Shown here piece by piece: positions 11,201 through 25,238 of a DNA stretch of 64,000 bases. Every line of letters starts with the position of its first letter. Position 1 is the stretch's first letter. The DNA comes from Phallusia mammillata (taxonomy: Eukaryota): assembly GCA_965637545.1 (NCBI GenBank), contig OZ281494.1, positions 35,774,001-35,838,000 on the forward strand, in the 5' to 3' direction. The notes under the pieces are model-generated. The model saw nothing but the letters and a program-made list of their open reading frames with translations. It was not told the DNA's origin and did not search any database. The translations under genes and the position numbers were made by a program.

Positions 11201-14200
11201 CATGTTTTATACCACAGGCATGGAAATCTATGTTCCTAGGTAAAATAATGTGCTGTTTCGTTTCAAATCTGAAATTAATTCACCAATAAACCAATAGAAT
11301 TAACCACTGCATTATATATTTATGTGTAAATTCTTTATCACTATAAACACTATAATTGAGTGTGACAGGAACTGTTAATGTAAACTTGCTTTGATGTAGA
11401 GTTACAAGAGTCCATCAACCATTGGTGGAAGTGGATCCAATCGTAGCAGTTTAATGGACAGAAGGTAACGTTGCCACTTAGTTTTCAACCAGCATATTAA
11501 GGTGTTTGTACAATACTGTGCATATAATCCTACTGATCATGTTTGTATTTGTAGCAAGGTTGTTGCAATCTTTGTATAATACATAGTAGCCTGGCAATAA
11601 TAAAACTGTTTAAATTCAAAGTAATACTGTAAATTTAAAACTAGCTAATTTTTTTTTTCAGAATATCATTTGGAGGGTCACCAGCGTACACACCCAAGTC
11701 TTCTATTAAACAAAATCGCAGTAGATCTATGGTGAGAATTTTAAAATGTTTTAAGTAACTTAATATTTGCCTAAACTTTTTTAAAGAAATTACTTACAAC
11801 AACCATTGGGATTTTTATTGTGTTGCCGTCATAGAATTTTAGTGGGACAGTATTAAATTACAAGAGTGATGTAAAGCTGTGTAGTAAACATATGTTGGTG
11901 TTTGTCCTGCTTGCTTTGGTGAAAACATTAAATATATTTAAGTGCTTCATAAGTGGAAGTGGAAAATGAAAAATGGCAGCTGAACCAAGCATTGTCATTT
12001 CACAGCACTAACTAATTTGGCCAAAGTTGGGGTTAAAGTATTTTTAATAAGCCACTCTTGTTAGTTCATCTACACTTTCATTGCATTAAACCAGTGGTTT
12101 TCAAGTTAGCAATTGGTCGAAACACTGAACAAATACTACCACATGGCAAACTTTTATGTCTCATCTAATCATAAACAGTTTGATTTAGTATTTTCATAAT
12201 ATTAATGTTTGTTTCTCTTTCAACATGATACATAATGTATATGTAGACAAACAATTTTGACCATAAAAAAATTTATTTGTGAATTTTTTTCTTAGGTTTG
12301 TAAATAATCCAGCTATTAAGGGACAGTACAGAAAATAAATTTGGGAACACCACACTAAACCATAAGCGGTGGTTCGAATTAAAACAGAATTGCGTTTTGT
12401 TTTGTTATTCAGACAGTGGGAGATCTTCCAAGCACAACCAATGGGAGAACTAATGCAATGAAAAGAAATGGAAGCCACCAAAAAAGGTTTGAACTCCATT
12501 ACAATACAGCTATAAACTAACTTCAGAGGCAGTAAATTTTCTTTTACTGTTATTAATCAATGCAGTACTTTATACTTTAAGTTTCAGTAACTTAAATAGA
12601 GTAACTTTATTGCCCCAGATTTAATTTTAGCATCTGATACAAACACATGTTTTGCAGGGACCCATATGTGGAAGAAATGCTTGAAGCCCCAAGTAGTCAG
12701 GAATTACCTCGCCGAGCTGAGAAAATGAAAAGGCACTCTCAGAAAAGGCAACTATCTGGCGTTGACACCAGCAACCTTTTCGATGGATCAAATATGAGAC
12801 CATTCTCCAATGTTCAAAATAAGGCAAGTTGCAAGTGCTAGAGAATTTTTGGAGTGATATGACAACCTTAAATAAGCTGTTGCTGCCAGGCATAGTATCA
12901 AGTTTATAGAGCTATCCTTGTTTGGTAAAAATCATTTGCAAACCAAATTTAGGTGTTTTTTTTTGTTTTTTAACCACCTAATGCAGTAGTTTATAAGCAG
13001 GGGTGCACACAATCCAGAGGGGTGCAAAACCTGTACATTGGGGGGGAAGGACCCTAATTGTTCAGGGTTGGAAAATAATAACAACTTTTCACAAAACCTT
13101 ATAGGGGGTGGTTGATTATTTTAAAGCAAAATATGTAATAACCAACCTTCTAATATGTTTGCAGAGTTCACCATACGGTGCAGAACATCGTGAAGTCGTA
13201 TTATTTTATGTTTTTGCCCACTTGCCCTCATTGGATCTTCTACGATGCTCTTCCGTGTGCCATGAGTGGAGGGGTTTGTCACATGACCCACAACTCTGGA
13301 GTCGAATAAGCTTCGAAAATGTTTACCTCAATCCCAAGGTGAAATCTCACAACTACAAAGACTGTACTTTTGTTGTTAAAATGTTGCCAGGAAAGGCATT
13401 GAAAAACCATGTTATTTTTTTATCATAAATAGTCAAACAATTTTCCTACAGTGCAAAAACAATGTTGGCCGTTTTTTATTGTAGTTTTGTAGTACATTTT
13501 TTTGTTAGAACACTTTACTAGCAGAACGTTTTTACCGATGTACAAAGTCTAATACTTGATTTTTTGCAGCTTCTGCATTCTATTTCACATTGGGCCACTG
13601 AAACTTGCTTAATTAAACTGAGGAATATTGATGCAATTCACGATAAACAAGCTTCACTTGGTGAGTATTTAAGTTCATTCAATTATGGGCAAAGTTTTAC
13701 ACCACTGTTTTCAGACAGAAAGTGCTTTTTCTTGCAAATATTTTCCTGTTTAACATTAGGATGTTTTTACAATTACCTTAGTCCAGGGGTGTGCAACATA
13801 CGGCCCGCGGGCCAGTATCCGGCCCGCGGCACCTATTTTCGTGCCCCGCGCAGACTTCAAAGTACTCTATTAATTATAAATACTTTTTCCTGTTAGCAGT
13901 GGTTCTCAATCTTAAACGGACCGCGTACCACCCGACAACTATGTTTATCGCTGCGTACCACCTATCCTAAACCCTGTTTGAATGGATAGACCACGAAATA
14001 GGCCCATTTTCTCGCCTAGCATATTTAACAATTTCAAAGAGTTTCGCCCAAAACCTGGGCTGATCAGTTGGGTCAGTTGAGTTGCAATTTTAGATCGGAC
14101 ATAAATTAGGTATAACAGAAAGCTACTCGCGTACCACCTAGTACCACCTTCGAGAACCACTGCAGGGCTTCTCAAACTGTGGGTCGCGAAATATAATTTT

Positions 14201-17200
14201 GGGGTCGCGAAACATTATGTGTTATTATGTCAGTCACAATGAATGGTATACGTGCGTACATATATTGTTTAAATATCATTCCCGGCCATACCAGGGGTGC
14301 ACAACCTTGCGGCCGTGAGCATGTTTATTAGATTATATGTACTGGCGGGCGTGACGTAAATAAAAACTCTTTTGCCAAATATTTTCATTTTTAAACTGCT
14401 AGAAACGCAGCTTTGTGGAACTTAAAAAAGAGTATTACCAGCCTATATCCAAATACGTCAGACTTTTTATGCCTATTGTGTGCAACTGCAAACAATGCGA
14501 AAAAGCAGATACCGCAAGCGTCACAATATAGATTATGGCGTCATAAAAACTAAGACAGTCAATCTGTGTATCATGTCAGAAATTATTTTTTGGCGCCTTT
14601 AGATTAAGTATTTCCTTACATCAGTAATTTTCAAACACAAGCAAGCAGGCAATCGGCAGCCGTTGGTGAAATAAAGATTTTGTGATGTGGCCGTTGTAGC
14701 ATAAAGGTTGTACACGTTCCCATCAAGGGGTCGCGAAGAAATTTTTGTTTTAAAATGGGATCGCAGTGCAAGAAAGTTTATGTAGAGCATGGAATGTCAC
14801 TGGTATTTTTGACTTTGTACAACGTCACACCGTAATATGGTTTTATCCACTATGACGACATATTCCTGTTGTTGCATCATAGTGTAGTACATTTTGAAAG
14901 AACTGCCTTTCTAGCAATGATTCAGTAGCATGATTTATAGGAGGTGCAGTAAATATATTGAGATTTATTTTAAGATAAGGTTAGCAGATATCCCATTGAT
15001 AAAAGAGTAACTTGTTTGTGTGCGCTTTGCTTTTAAGTAAACTGTTTGAAAAAAACGTATATGTTGCTTTATTATCTGGCCCTCAGCATTATTTTACTGT
15101 AAATAGTGGCCCACTGCGATAAACAGATGCACGCCCCTGCCTTAGTCTGTAAAGCATTGATATTTAAATACTCTTGATAATTAAAGTTTGAAAATTTGCC
15201 AAATAGTTTTGATTTTTAAGTGATCTTTATTTGCAACAAAACAATATTGGTGTGGGGCAAAATATTACTTTAAAACTGGACACGTTTTTGACAAACAAAT
15301 ACATCCCTAGTATCTACATATTCCTACCTGAAACAATTTGAAAATTAGCTGTAAGAAACAAATAAATTCTTCTCTGTTACAGGTTCGTTTGAAGAGGGAT
15401 TGGAAGCAGTTCTGAAATCAAGCGGTGAAAATCTGTTGGTGATTTCTATAGAGAATTGTGACCCGGTGGTTACCAGTCGAACGATGTGGCTACTAACATG
15501 CTATAACAAGTTAGTGTGGATGAGTGGAAAGATTGTGTGGTTACTGGTAAAGTGGATGAGATAAAAGATTGATATTGTTATTGGCAACTACAGTTTATAT
15601 TGACCTAAACTGCATTGAAAAATATATGGAAAAAAAATGTAATACTGCAGTCAATTATGGTTAATAGCTTATTAGTTTGTCACAACAATCTGTTTAATTG
15701 CATACAGAATGTTAACCATAACTAACCTGTACTATTTATGCTAATTCTGGATAATCACATGTTAATTGTGTAAAAAAACTTGGGTAAATGGCAAATCTTT
15801 CTTTTCTTTTCAGTTTTGTTGTAACTTATTAAAAATATAGAAGCAATAAAATTGCTGCTGCCGGCAAATACAAAGGTTTTCAAACAACTGTGGCAGGAAT
15901 TATTAACTTGCATTACTTTGCACAGGAATGTGAGAAGTGTGACTTACAGAAGTTCCCTTGACCCTCTCAGTTATCAGGTTGCATGGGCAATGGGAACGGC
16001 GTGTAGAAACATAGAATCACTTGAAGTCGCACCTGTTCATCCATGGTAAGTCTACAATTAAGTTTCATTACTACAGCAGTTCAGCTTGTATCATGTATCA
16101 TATTTTTGTTATTACCACCTGGCGTTTTTTTAAGATACGATACAAAAGCTTTTCAACAATGATATTTATAACAACTATTTTTTGTCAGCAAGCAAAAAAA
16201 CTAACAGTTGCTCAAAAATCAACCATGATATCATTTTGACAAGTTGACTCCTGGTTTTATTGTATTGATTAAAACACAGCAGGATTATAGTAATGTTTTA
16301 CAATTCAGACAAATGGTTCAGCAACTTTATTACTCTGCGAATATTTTTAAGGAGAAAAACAAAAGAAAAAACAGTGACCTTTCTTCTGTATAATATACTT
16401 CCTCAAAAAAAGTTCACAGTACGAGATAACCAGTAAAATCTTATCGGACAAACTAGTACAAAGCAAATGCTTGTTGTTAACCAAGTGAATCATGCACTTT
16501 TAGTTTATCGAGTGATCTGTTCAATAACAACGTTGCGCGTCTCATGAGCTGGTGCTGGCCGGGTTTACGAGCTCTGAGCATTGGAGGTCCAGGAATAGAC
16601 GGATCGGGGCTACTTGCTGTGGGTATGAGATCTTTACTGTTTTACTTGTTTGTTCATTTTGTGGCTTGTAAATAGTAGCTTGTATATTCTCAATGTAAGC
16701 CTTTATTTCAAGAGTATACTGCATAGAAATGTCTTCATCTAGTATGATTGCAAATTTTAGGACCACAGTATATATGGAATGTTTTGTAAATAAGAATTAG
16801 TAGTTAATTGTTACTTCTTGGTATGAGCCAATTGCAACTAAAGCAAAACTTTTTTTCATTGTATTTTTACTTCAACACTCTGGCTTGAAAAATCCACTGC
16901 TGTAACCAGTGACATCTAACAAATAACTCTTTAAGCCACACAAACATTGCAAATGTCACATGCTACTTCTCTTTGCCTGAGGCAGTTGTGTTGACATTTA
17001 ACTACATAAAGATACAATCTCTACATTAACCAGAAAATTTTGTCAGAAAACTTCCCAACGTGATGTCGATTTTATCAGAAGGTGCAAAAATTTGTATGCA
17101 TCTGTTTATACCTTGCCATTATGCAAATGGTTTCTCACATATAGAAGCTTATGAGTTAATTCTTTTGTTCAACAACCTTAAAGGATTTATAATAAAGTAG

Positions 17201-18759
17201 AGATTGTGCCAAAACTGCAAATGTTTTGTTTGGTCGAGCACCAATCTTTTCACATTATTGCTGGGTGCATCGTGATGTCACAAACATTCCCAATTTCATG
17301 CTGGTTTTTTAGCTTGTCAAGGTCCCTTACGTCACCAGCGGTGTATTAAGCTACAGCCCCCCTGAAAGTATGTGATTTTCCATCATCTAATGCATTTAAA
17401 AAAAACAGTCGTGAACATGCCTGTTAATGCTCGGGCCAGTTTGTGCAACTGTTCAGCCTAGTACTGACTACCGAGCATTAAAAACAGCGATGCTCGGTAC
17501 CAAGTACTCGGGTTCTGGCTCTTCTTTGCCTATCCCGACATTACTTCCAAATGGTTGGAAACATTTACCCCATCCTTTATTTACAGCACTCAATTGTCAC
17601 CATCTGAAGGTTTTGGAGTTGGATCATGCGAAAGGTGTAACAGAGGATACTGCTCAATCTGCTTGTAAACATGGATTGAAAGGTAAAGCACCACCCTCAA
17701 TTACCGAATCATCATACCAAAAAAATTAAAAAATTAACTTAAAGCATAATTTACAAACTTGCATCAAAAGCTTGGTTAAAAACAAAACAGCCAAACAGCT
17801 TGTATGTAGTGAATACTTAAAATTATACTTTGAAATATTTCTGACTTAGATTGTTTTACAAATTGTAAAAAAACTCAACTTAGCTTATTGTGGACATTGC
17901 AACAAATATTATTGTCATGATCTGTAAGCAAAATATGAAATCATTTGTCATGATTAAGACTCTTTTTTGACATCATCAGTCCCAGAAAGACTCCTGCCGT
18001 GGGTTCGAATCCCACTGCAGCCTAGATTTTGCTATAGGCTACGTCTTGCGATATGGTGGTGAATGCTTGGTGACCGGCTAATTCGGTATGGCGCCTTCAT
18101 TGGGCCTGGCATACTGTGATTTCTTATGAGTGTGCCGTGATCTCTGGTCTGCATAGATGCTTCAGGGCTGATCCCAGTCATGAATTTATATTCATCTTAT
18201 TTTTTTGACATAATTGAGTTCATAGTGAATTGTTTTATCTGTTCAGATCTCCGCATTCTACTTTTCACCCACACACCAGTGCTAGTATCGACCGTTGTTG
18301 TGTTCCTGAAAAATTCCCCACTGAAGTTGCTTCAAGTGTCACTCGAACAACAAGACTTCTTCCCGAAGAAGGGAAAGCAAGCAAAGATCATCCCAGAGTA
18401 CAACAAACTACAAGCCTCTTTCCAGGTATTGTAATACTGAGTAACCTGTAGATAGTGTACACTTGTAACGCTAAATGAGTTGCAGACAGTGCACAGTTGG
18501 TTAAATTCTTGAGAAATGCCAGAATTGAACAAAATTTATACAGTGTGTCAAAACTGCTTATGTAGTACATTAACTTTTTTTTGTTCAACCCTGTAATTCC
18601 ACCACTTACTCTGTTTGCTTTACTTTCAAAGGATGTGGTAGACAATTTAGGGCTGGATTAAAAGAATTTCTTCGCTGCCAACCTTAACAACTTTTATTTT
18701 TTATCCAGAAACTGCAACGAAGACCAGAATTCCAAAGAGTCCTTCAAATCTCCTGCTAG
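8241..18759 (+). CDS. FBXO41: FBXO41-like protein (N-terminal C2H2 finger, coiled coil, F-box, LRR-like C-terminus), about 693 aa, 17 exons
   Basis: Exons 8241-8435, 8727-8824, 9034-9189, 9899-10072, 10390-10516, 11400-11464, 11662-11731, 12413-12486, 12658-12823, 13165-13338, 13570-13660, 15383-15509, 15926-16045, 16504-16622, 17587-17682, 18247-18425, 18709-18759; all phases are consistent (2082 nt). Motifs LPYRCPSCGSGKRFRSLVALRMHM, ELQRQVELSIEL, F-box VVLFYVFAHLPSLDLLRCSSVCHEW, VTYRSSLDP, CWPGLRAL and LKVLELDH match FBXO41 as recalled. Confidence 0.9.
13784..15139. mobile_element. Non-autonomous hAT (Charlie-like) element with nested MITEs, in FBXO41 intron 11
   Basis: Ends CAGGGGTGTGCA ... 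TGCACGCCCCTG. Exact 8-bp TSD CCTTAGTC (13776-13783, 15140-15147). Contains a CAGTGGTTCTC...GAGAACCACTG unit (13897-14162) abutting another CAGGGCTTCTCAAAC start at 14163, and a CAGGGGTGCACAACC start near 14292. Confidence 0.85.
17975..18185 (+). mobile_element. tRNA-derived SINE fragment in FBXO41 intron 15
   Basis: B-box GGTTCGAATCCC in CCAGAAAGACTCCTGCCGTGGGTTCGAATCCCACTGCAGCCTAGATTT. The sequence recurs, diverged, at about 59520-59595. Confidence 0.6.
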
Positions 18760-20571
18760 TGTTCAAAAAATCAACGTCCTCCACAACCAACAGCTGTTAA
18801 ATCAGTTTTGTACAAACGGCTTTTTACAAAAAAATGCTTACTGTGTAACAGGAATTTTTCCTTAGTTTGTTTTGGAGTTGGAAGATTTCTTCGGAAATGT
18901 TCGTAAAGTGTAGAATGTTAAATATTGCAAACATTTAAACATATTTAATGAAAAGTTGTTGGTTACATGTGTGTAAATTAACCTGATGGTGTTTTTGTGA
19001 TTTTATTTGTTTTTGTTAAAACACTTCCACTTATGGCAACAGCAAGTTTATGACATAAACACCAGAGTCTTCAAACTAATCTGCCTTCGTGGTGCAATAA
19101 CATATCCTCCTGCAGTAATATTGAGTTGAGTTGAGTTAAGTGTGTTCTTCCAACCCGATTTGCAATAATTACCCTCTTAACTGTGAACTGTATTTTACAC
19201 TGGTCCCAAACTGTGTAAGTTTATTGCAAGAATTCTAAAGTAAATCAAAAAATTTAACATAATGTTGGTGCTGTAATTGTCACTGTTATAATTTCAACTG
19301 TGACATAATTGAATAACTTTATTGATGTGTATTATGTTGTAGGTAAATGTATTTGCTTAATATTATTTTTTTAACAAATGAGCTTTGTGATTACCTGTTT
19401 ATAGATTTGTATTTACACTATGTACACAAATTATATTTTATCTATTACTCAACCTATTGTAGGTACTAAGTAAATATCATGTCATATATTTTGTACTTTG
19501 GTGGTTTATCATGTTGTGTATTTTATTATGAGCAAATGGGTGAATAAAACGTTGACAGTTATTTTATGGTCTGAGGTAAATGAAAACACTGTTTGTGAAT
19601 GTGGACATTGTTGCTATAAGATAAATCCGCCCACAGTCTGCCATAATTGATAACAATAAAGCAAATGCTTCAGACTCAAAATTCCTTATTTGACTCACAA
19701 AATCACTCATGTTGACTCATTAACACAAATGCGTTTACTTTTTTATTATCACTTACTAAAATAGTTTGATTTGATGATCAGTGACATAAAGATTCCTACT
19801 ATTAGAAGGTCAGACTCTGTAAAAAGCATTGGTATTTACCTAGTCTGCCATTGACAAGTTTTAGAAAGATAAAACAGGGGCAAAAGTCTGCAAATAACTT
19901 TCAAAATTTGATTACCAGAAAAGTCAAACTTTAAACTTCCAAAAAACATATTTCCTGGTAATGCGCAGACTGTCCTGCAAAACCAAATGCAACTTCATTC
20001 GCCTGAGGCAATAGCGTTGACATTTAGCTAATGTAGATAGCATCTACTGAAATCACGAAAAAAGTTCCAAATCCTGTACAAATTTTCCAGTATCTTTTCA
20101 GTTTAAACCGGTTTGCAAATAAGATGATCGCAAATTTTTGGCTAGGAAACTTGTTTCTGTTGCAGCGTTCGTTGTTAGTTTTTCTATCATTTCTTCTGCT
20201 AACTGCTAACACGAAATGCCATGGTGGGTTTCGAACCACCAACCTTACGAAGATGAAATAAAATCAGAAACTACTTTGTGCCGGAGAACTGAAAGCATCG
20301 TTCAACTAGTGTAGTACAATTAAGTTTTAACTGGACAAATGTGATCCAAGATCGTTTGCTAATTTCTTGCACTTTTTTTAAATATAACGCTGCTATTGTA
20401 AGAAACAAAAAGACTCGAAGATTAGCATAACTAAACACAGAACTGTTATCAAAATGTCAAAATTGTATACAACTTATCAATTGCTACGCATTTTGCTATT
20501 TTATTGGTTGTTTATGTCAGAGAAATCTGTTTAAAAGTTAAAAATCTCCATAAGTGATTGACTGTGTCAGA

Positions 20572-23500
20572 ATGAGATTTCTGCTGGTATTTTCATTTGT
20601 GTTGATTGCAACCGGGGTCGAGCTACCGAACACCAGCACCCCGAACCAATGTGTGCATGTTTTGACTTCGGTGTGCGATGGCAAGAAAGTAGATGGGGAT
20701 GTAAGTTACCAGGCAACGCAGTGTGGGGGAGTGAGCAATGAATTTGCAACTTTCAAGACAAGTGTTGAAAATGAAATGCGAGGTAAGTTGAAGTTTATGT
20801 TTCCTTACTTTGTTGAACCAAGCAGACCCGACTTACAACTTTGTTTTTCTATTTTGTGTATTCGATGTGGTCTTTTATTTTGATTTTGCGCTTTTTTTTT
20901 CAGCTAGTTCAACCGGTGTTTACAATAAGGTTAACGTGAATTAGGCTACAGTTTTAACGTGTTAATACTTCTTTAATTTCAGTTTGAACAAGTGGATATT
21001 TAATTTTTTTACAGCTCTGACGGTGGCTGTTCGCCAACTGCAAGACGTGGTTTCCTTGTTGCTGCAAAACACCCAACTTATACAAGCGACAGCCACACCG
21101 AGCATCGACCCTCTCAACACCGACTCCACTCCGGTTGGTTTGCCGGCAGATTGCTCCCAAACCACCGCGAACGGAATCGTAACGCTCCGATCTGGAAAGA
21201 GGGTTTACTGTTCAGAGGGTTGGTTGGTAAGTGGTCAACTTGGTCGTTTGGCATTTATTTGTTCGTTGCTTTTGACGCAGATCCATGTTGAAAAATGAAA
21301 ACATGACGGTCCGTGCTAGTAAAAAGTGTTTCGAATTCGAAGTTTTGGGTTGCAATTTATTGTTTTATGATTTCATGTGAATCATTGCTGAATGTTGCAT
21401 TTGAAATATCTATAATATGGTTTACGTTGAAATGACCCACCTATTAAGATTTCTGGTTAACTTTTTTCCAATGTAAGTATTTAATTTGGATCGACTTTAA
21501 GGTTACAACGTAACGAGAAAAAAACAAAACACACGTTTTTTGCAAATAGAAACAAAGCGACTGCGGTGGGATTAGAACCAACAACCTTGTGACGAAATAC
21601 CCACTAAAATCAATTTGAATAACTGGAATTGATCCAACTGACAACAAACATATTTGATTCAGGTTTTCCAATTCAGATTCAACGGTTCAATAAACTTTAT
21701 GACGTACACGTGGGAACAATTCAAGACAGGATTCGGAAAGTTGGACGCCGAATTTTGGCTCGGTATTGTTTCGTCATAATATGTTTGTAGCAAGGCCCGG
21801 GAAAGTTGAACACCACAAAGAAAATAAACGCATTGCCCAAAGACATACGAAAGGAGTCCCTTCAAAATTGGATAAAAAATCTTGTGTTGAAAAAAGTTGC
21901 CTGTCCAAATCTAAAATTATAAAAGCTAATTACATCTAAAATAAACATTCAAATTAAGGAAGGTTGGCTAGAAAAAAGATTCGAATGATTTGCAACAATA
22001 ACAACACCTTGTTCAGTATAAAGCTTCATAAAGAAGCCAAATTTATCGCAAAACAAAACCAAAGCTCTGTAATAAGAAACAGGTTTGATACAAGAAATAG
22101 GTGGTTGTTTTTAATCTCAACAAACTTGTCAAGTAAAATGTGTTGTTTGTTGCGTGTAGGACTGGACGAGCTGAACGAAATAACTTGGGAGAACAATTGT
22201 CGTCTACGGATTGACCTATGGGATTTCGATGACAGCCACGTTTATGCAGAATACAAGTGCGTATATATCTCAGCAAACTTATGTAGGGTTGCTGGAGTAA
22301 TTATGTGGTTTATTCGGCAAACAAGTTTAGCAGCAACCACAAACAAGTGTACACTGCGATCTAATATTGTGTCAGAAATGTTCACTCTGATATCGCATCA
22401 ATCGTAGTAATGTTTATTCCGAGTGTAAAATCCTGTCAGCTTTCCTATTATATTTGGCGACAAAAACATCATGAACGAGTATTACTCTTCCTTTAGGTTT
22501 TATTACAAATAACGGACGTTAAAAACATACGTTTCTAACCTTTTTTAACCCTTTGATAAGCACTGATAATCGTTTTGCAGCAACACATGTTTGTCATATT
22601 CAGGTAAGAATCAAAAGCTAACTTAAGGTTTTCTACAAATATAAAGAAGTTCATACATTGTACGGAAATTGTACCCTCCACTTTTTGCTCTCTACAACGT
22701 TTCAGCATTGCGTTGCTATTTCAGACTGCCTGGGTTTTAATGCAATTGTGTCGATGTGTTCTCTTCCACCCAACAAAATTAACACAACTCAACTGTTTTA
22801 AACAACATTAACATTGTTTTAACTCACTGCTAACTTAGTTTCTGTGTAGCTTTGTTCTTTTTTACCAAGTTTAAAGGAACTCAACTTAACTGTTTTAAAC
22901 AACATTGTTTAACTCACTCATATCATAGCGAGTTTTCGGTTGGCAACGAAACCGAGTTCTACCGACTCCGCATAAGTGGCTACAAAGGAACGGCTGGAGA
23001 CGAAATGTTCACCAACTCCGATTCGCAGAACAACATGCTTTTCTCAACAATCGACCGAGATCATGACAGGTTGGGACTTAAATACTTGTGGTAAACCGCC
23101 TTGAAGAGTTGTAGTCGGGGTCAAACTTTTTTAAACCCGAGATAGGCTCAAAGCTAAACTGAAAGCAGAACCTGAACCAGGGTGATTGAAATATTTGTAG
23201 TAAACCACTTCGTAGAGTTGTCAACGGCCCAGAACTTCTAAAAACAGAGTTGGGACCAAAGGGTGAACTTATACCACGGGTAGCATTTTGACATAAATAT
23301 GACCGAGTGTAAAGTCAGGTCTGAATCACCTAATTGGTTCGAACCTAACCTGAACCCGAAAATCCCTGACTCCCAACTCTGACATATCTTGCTGCTCCTT
23401 GTCATAAACCTATGCTAACAATAACATTGCTCAAAAAAGTGTTTCGTTCTTCAAAAACAGGTTTTTATTTTTAAATTCTGTTGTCAAGCGCACCATGAGT

Positions 23501-24312
23501 TTTATCGTTGGAAAGGTTTACAAAAGAAAAACATACAAACAAGTACCTATGTGCCATTATTAAAAACCAAATGCAGACATGTCCGGTTTAAACATTGTTT
23601 AGTTAATACTTTAGCCCAGCTAATCCGAAATTTAACCAAGATAATCTGATTCACGGGTTCAAACCCCATCCGAGGTTACAACATGCAGCCGTAAAAACTA
23701 GTTTAGCTCTCAAGGTTGTTCATTTCCAATACAACGCCCGTGTCACCTATTGTTGAAATTCGACCTTGACAATATTTTAACAAGAACCTATTGGTCATTT
23801 TTTTTACCAAGCGTAAACTTGTTTGTTTTTACGGTTGTTCATTTTCCAGCACACCAGCCTAGGTTACCCACTGTGGAATTGCGACTTTAACAATATTTTT
23901 TATCCCTAAAAACATGTTTAATTTCAATATTTTGTTGGCGCGTTTTATCGTTGAAAAGGTTTATGAAAGAAAATTGCATGAACAAGAACCTATGGATCAA
24001 TTTTTTAACCAAGCGTAAACTTGTTTGTCTTTATGTTGTTCATTTTTGGACGCACCAGCCTAGGTCATCGATTATTGAAATCCTTAAATTTTTTTCCATT
24101 TGTTTAGATCAAGGTACTACAAGTGCGCCAAAGACAAGGGAGCATGGTGGTTCAACGGTTGCAGCGGTGCCAGGTTGAACGGATTCTGGACGCGCAAAGC
24201 TTACGTGAAGAGCGCCATCGCGTGGGATAGTTGGAAGACCAAGCGAGGGGGAATCACCAGAACCGAGATGAAAGTTCGATGTGACGTTTTACCCACTCAA
24301 GTTCAAAACTGA
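20572..24312 (+). CDS. Secreted fibrinogen-related domain protein (angiopoietin/ficolin/FGL-like FReD), about 321 aa, 6 exons
   Basis: Exons 20572-20782, 21015-21226, 21663-21762, 22160-22256, 22929-23069, 24108-24312 join in frame (966 nt). Signal peptide, short coiled coil, then PADC..VYC..GWLVFQFRFNGSINF, GFGKLDAEFWLGL, RLRIDLWD, YRLRISGYKGTAGD, FSTIDRDHD and GAWWFNGCSGARLNG. Confidence 0.9.
23245..23381. mobile_element. Small MITE (CAGAGTTG...CAACTCTG family)
   Basis: 11-bp TIR CAGAGTTGGGA/TCCCAACTCTG. Related copies at about 37370-37545 and 38274-38425 have internal GGGTCGGGTTC-type repeats. Confidence 0.5.
23500..24075 (+). repeat. Degenerate direct repeats in FReD intron 5
   Basis: Recurrent blocks TTTATCGTTG(G/A)AAAGGTTTA (about 23500, 23943) and AACAAGAACCTAT...ACCAAGCGTAAACTTGTTTGT (about 23780, 23980). 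Confidence 0.55.
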
Positions 24313-25238
24313 AACACGTGGCCGGTTGTCAGCCAATCAAATTCAAGCAAAAAATAACTCATTGTTTAAACAAATCGTTAATAATTCTTACTTTAATAAG
24401 CAGTTTTTATAGACAAACCGTTAACCGAAAAATGCAATTAACCAAAATAAAACGGTATGATTTATTTTGTTACGGTTTGCAGTATGCGATTAAATAGCAT
24501 TTGCGTTTGACAAATAACAATTAACGTGTACCGCACGTAAACCAATTTTGGTCATAAAATGTTAACTCTTGCTTATTGTGTCTGTTCGGTTCGCTTATAT
24601 TGATGTACAAAGTCGCTTTGATCGCAACTAACGCGTTACATTGCTTCCGATCCAAGCATCGTCTTAATCAGTTACAACTTTTTCTAAAAAGTTAGTTATA
24701 AGTGCAAAATGGAAAATTGTATCACAAATTTATTCAGACTGTTTCAACTGATTGATTAAAATAATTCAACCTTCCATAGGCAACTATTACCTTTTGCGTA
24801 TTATCCATATTAGTGTTGTTCGTAGAATTACAATGTAAATGCACGACATAGTGCAGCGGTTGATTGGTTTTGATCAATAATTAACGGGGAACGGTTTTAA
24901 TAATGCTTTCCAGCATAACTGCAATTTTAAAACTTCACAGAAGAAATTATGTTTCTGCTTTTTAAATTGGTTTGTTAAAATGTCATCTTTCTGGAAGCTG
25001 AGTTCTTGAAACGATGTAAGGTTCCTATTTTAAAAAGTTTTTCAAAAAGGCCCATCTTTCGACATTGTAGTATAGGAAAATAATCATTTTAACATTGTCA
25101 AATAGGTTTTTAAACTTCGGTGGCCATGTATTCCGTTAAGTCTCGACAAAGAATAACAAGAAATTGTGGCGGGAACCGATACCCAATGGCACAAACATTG
25201 ACAAAGGGCAGGAAAAGCTGTTGTGCAACTGTCTATAC

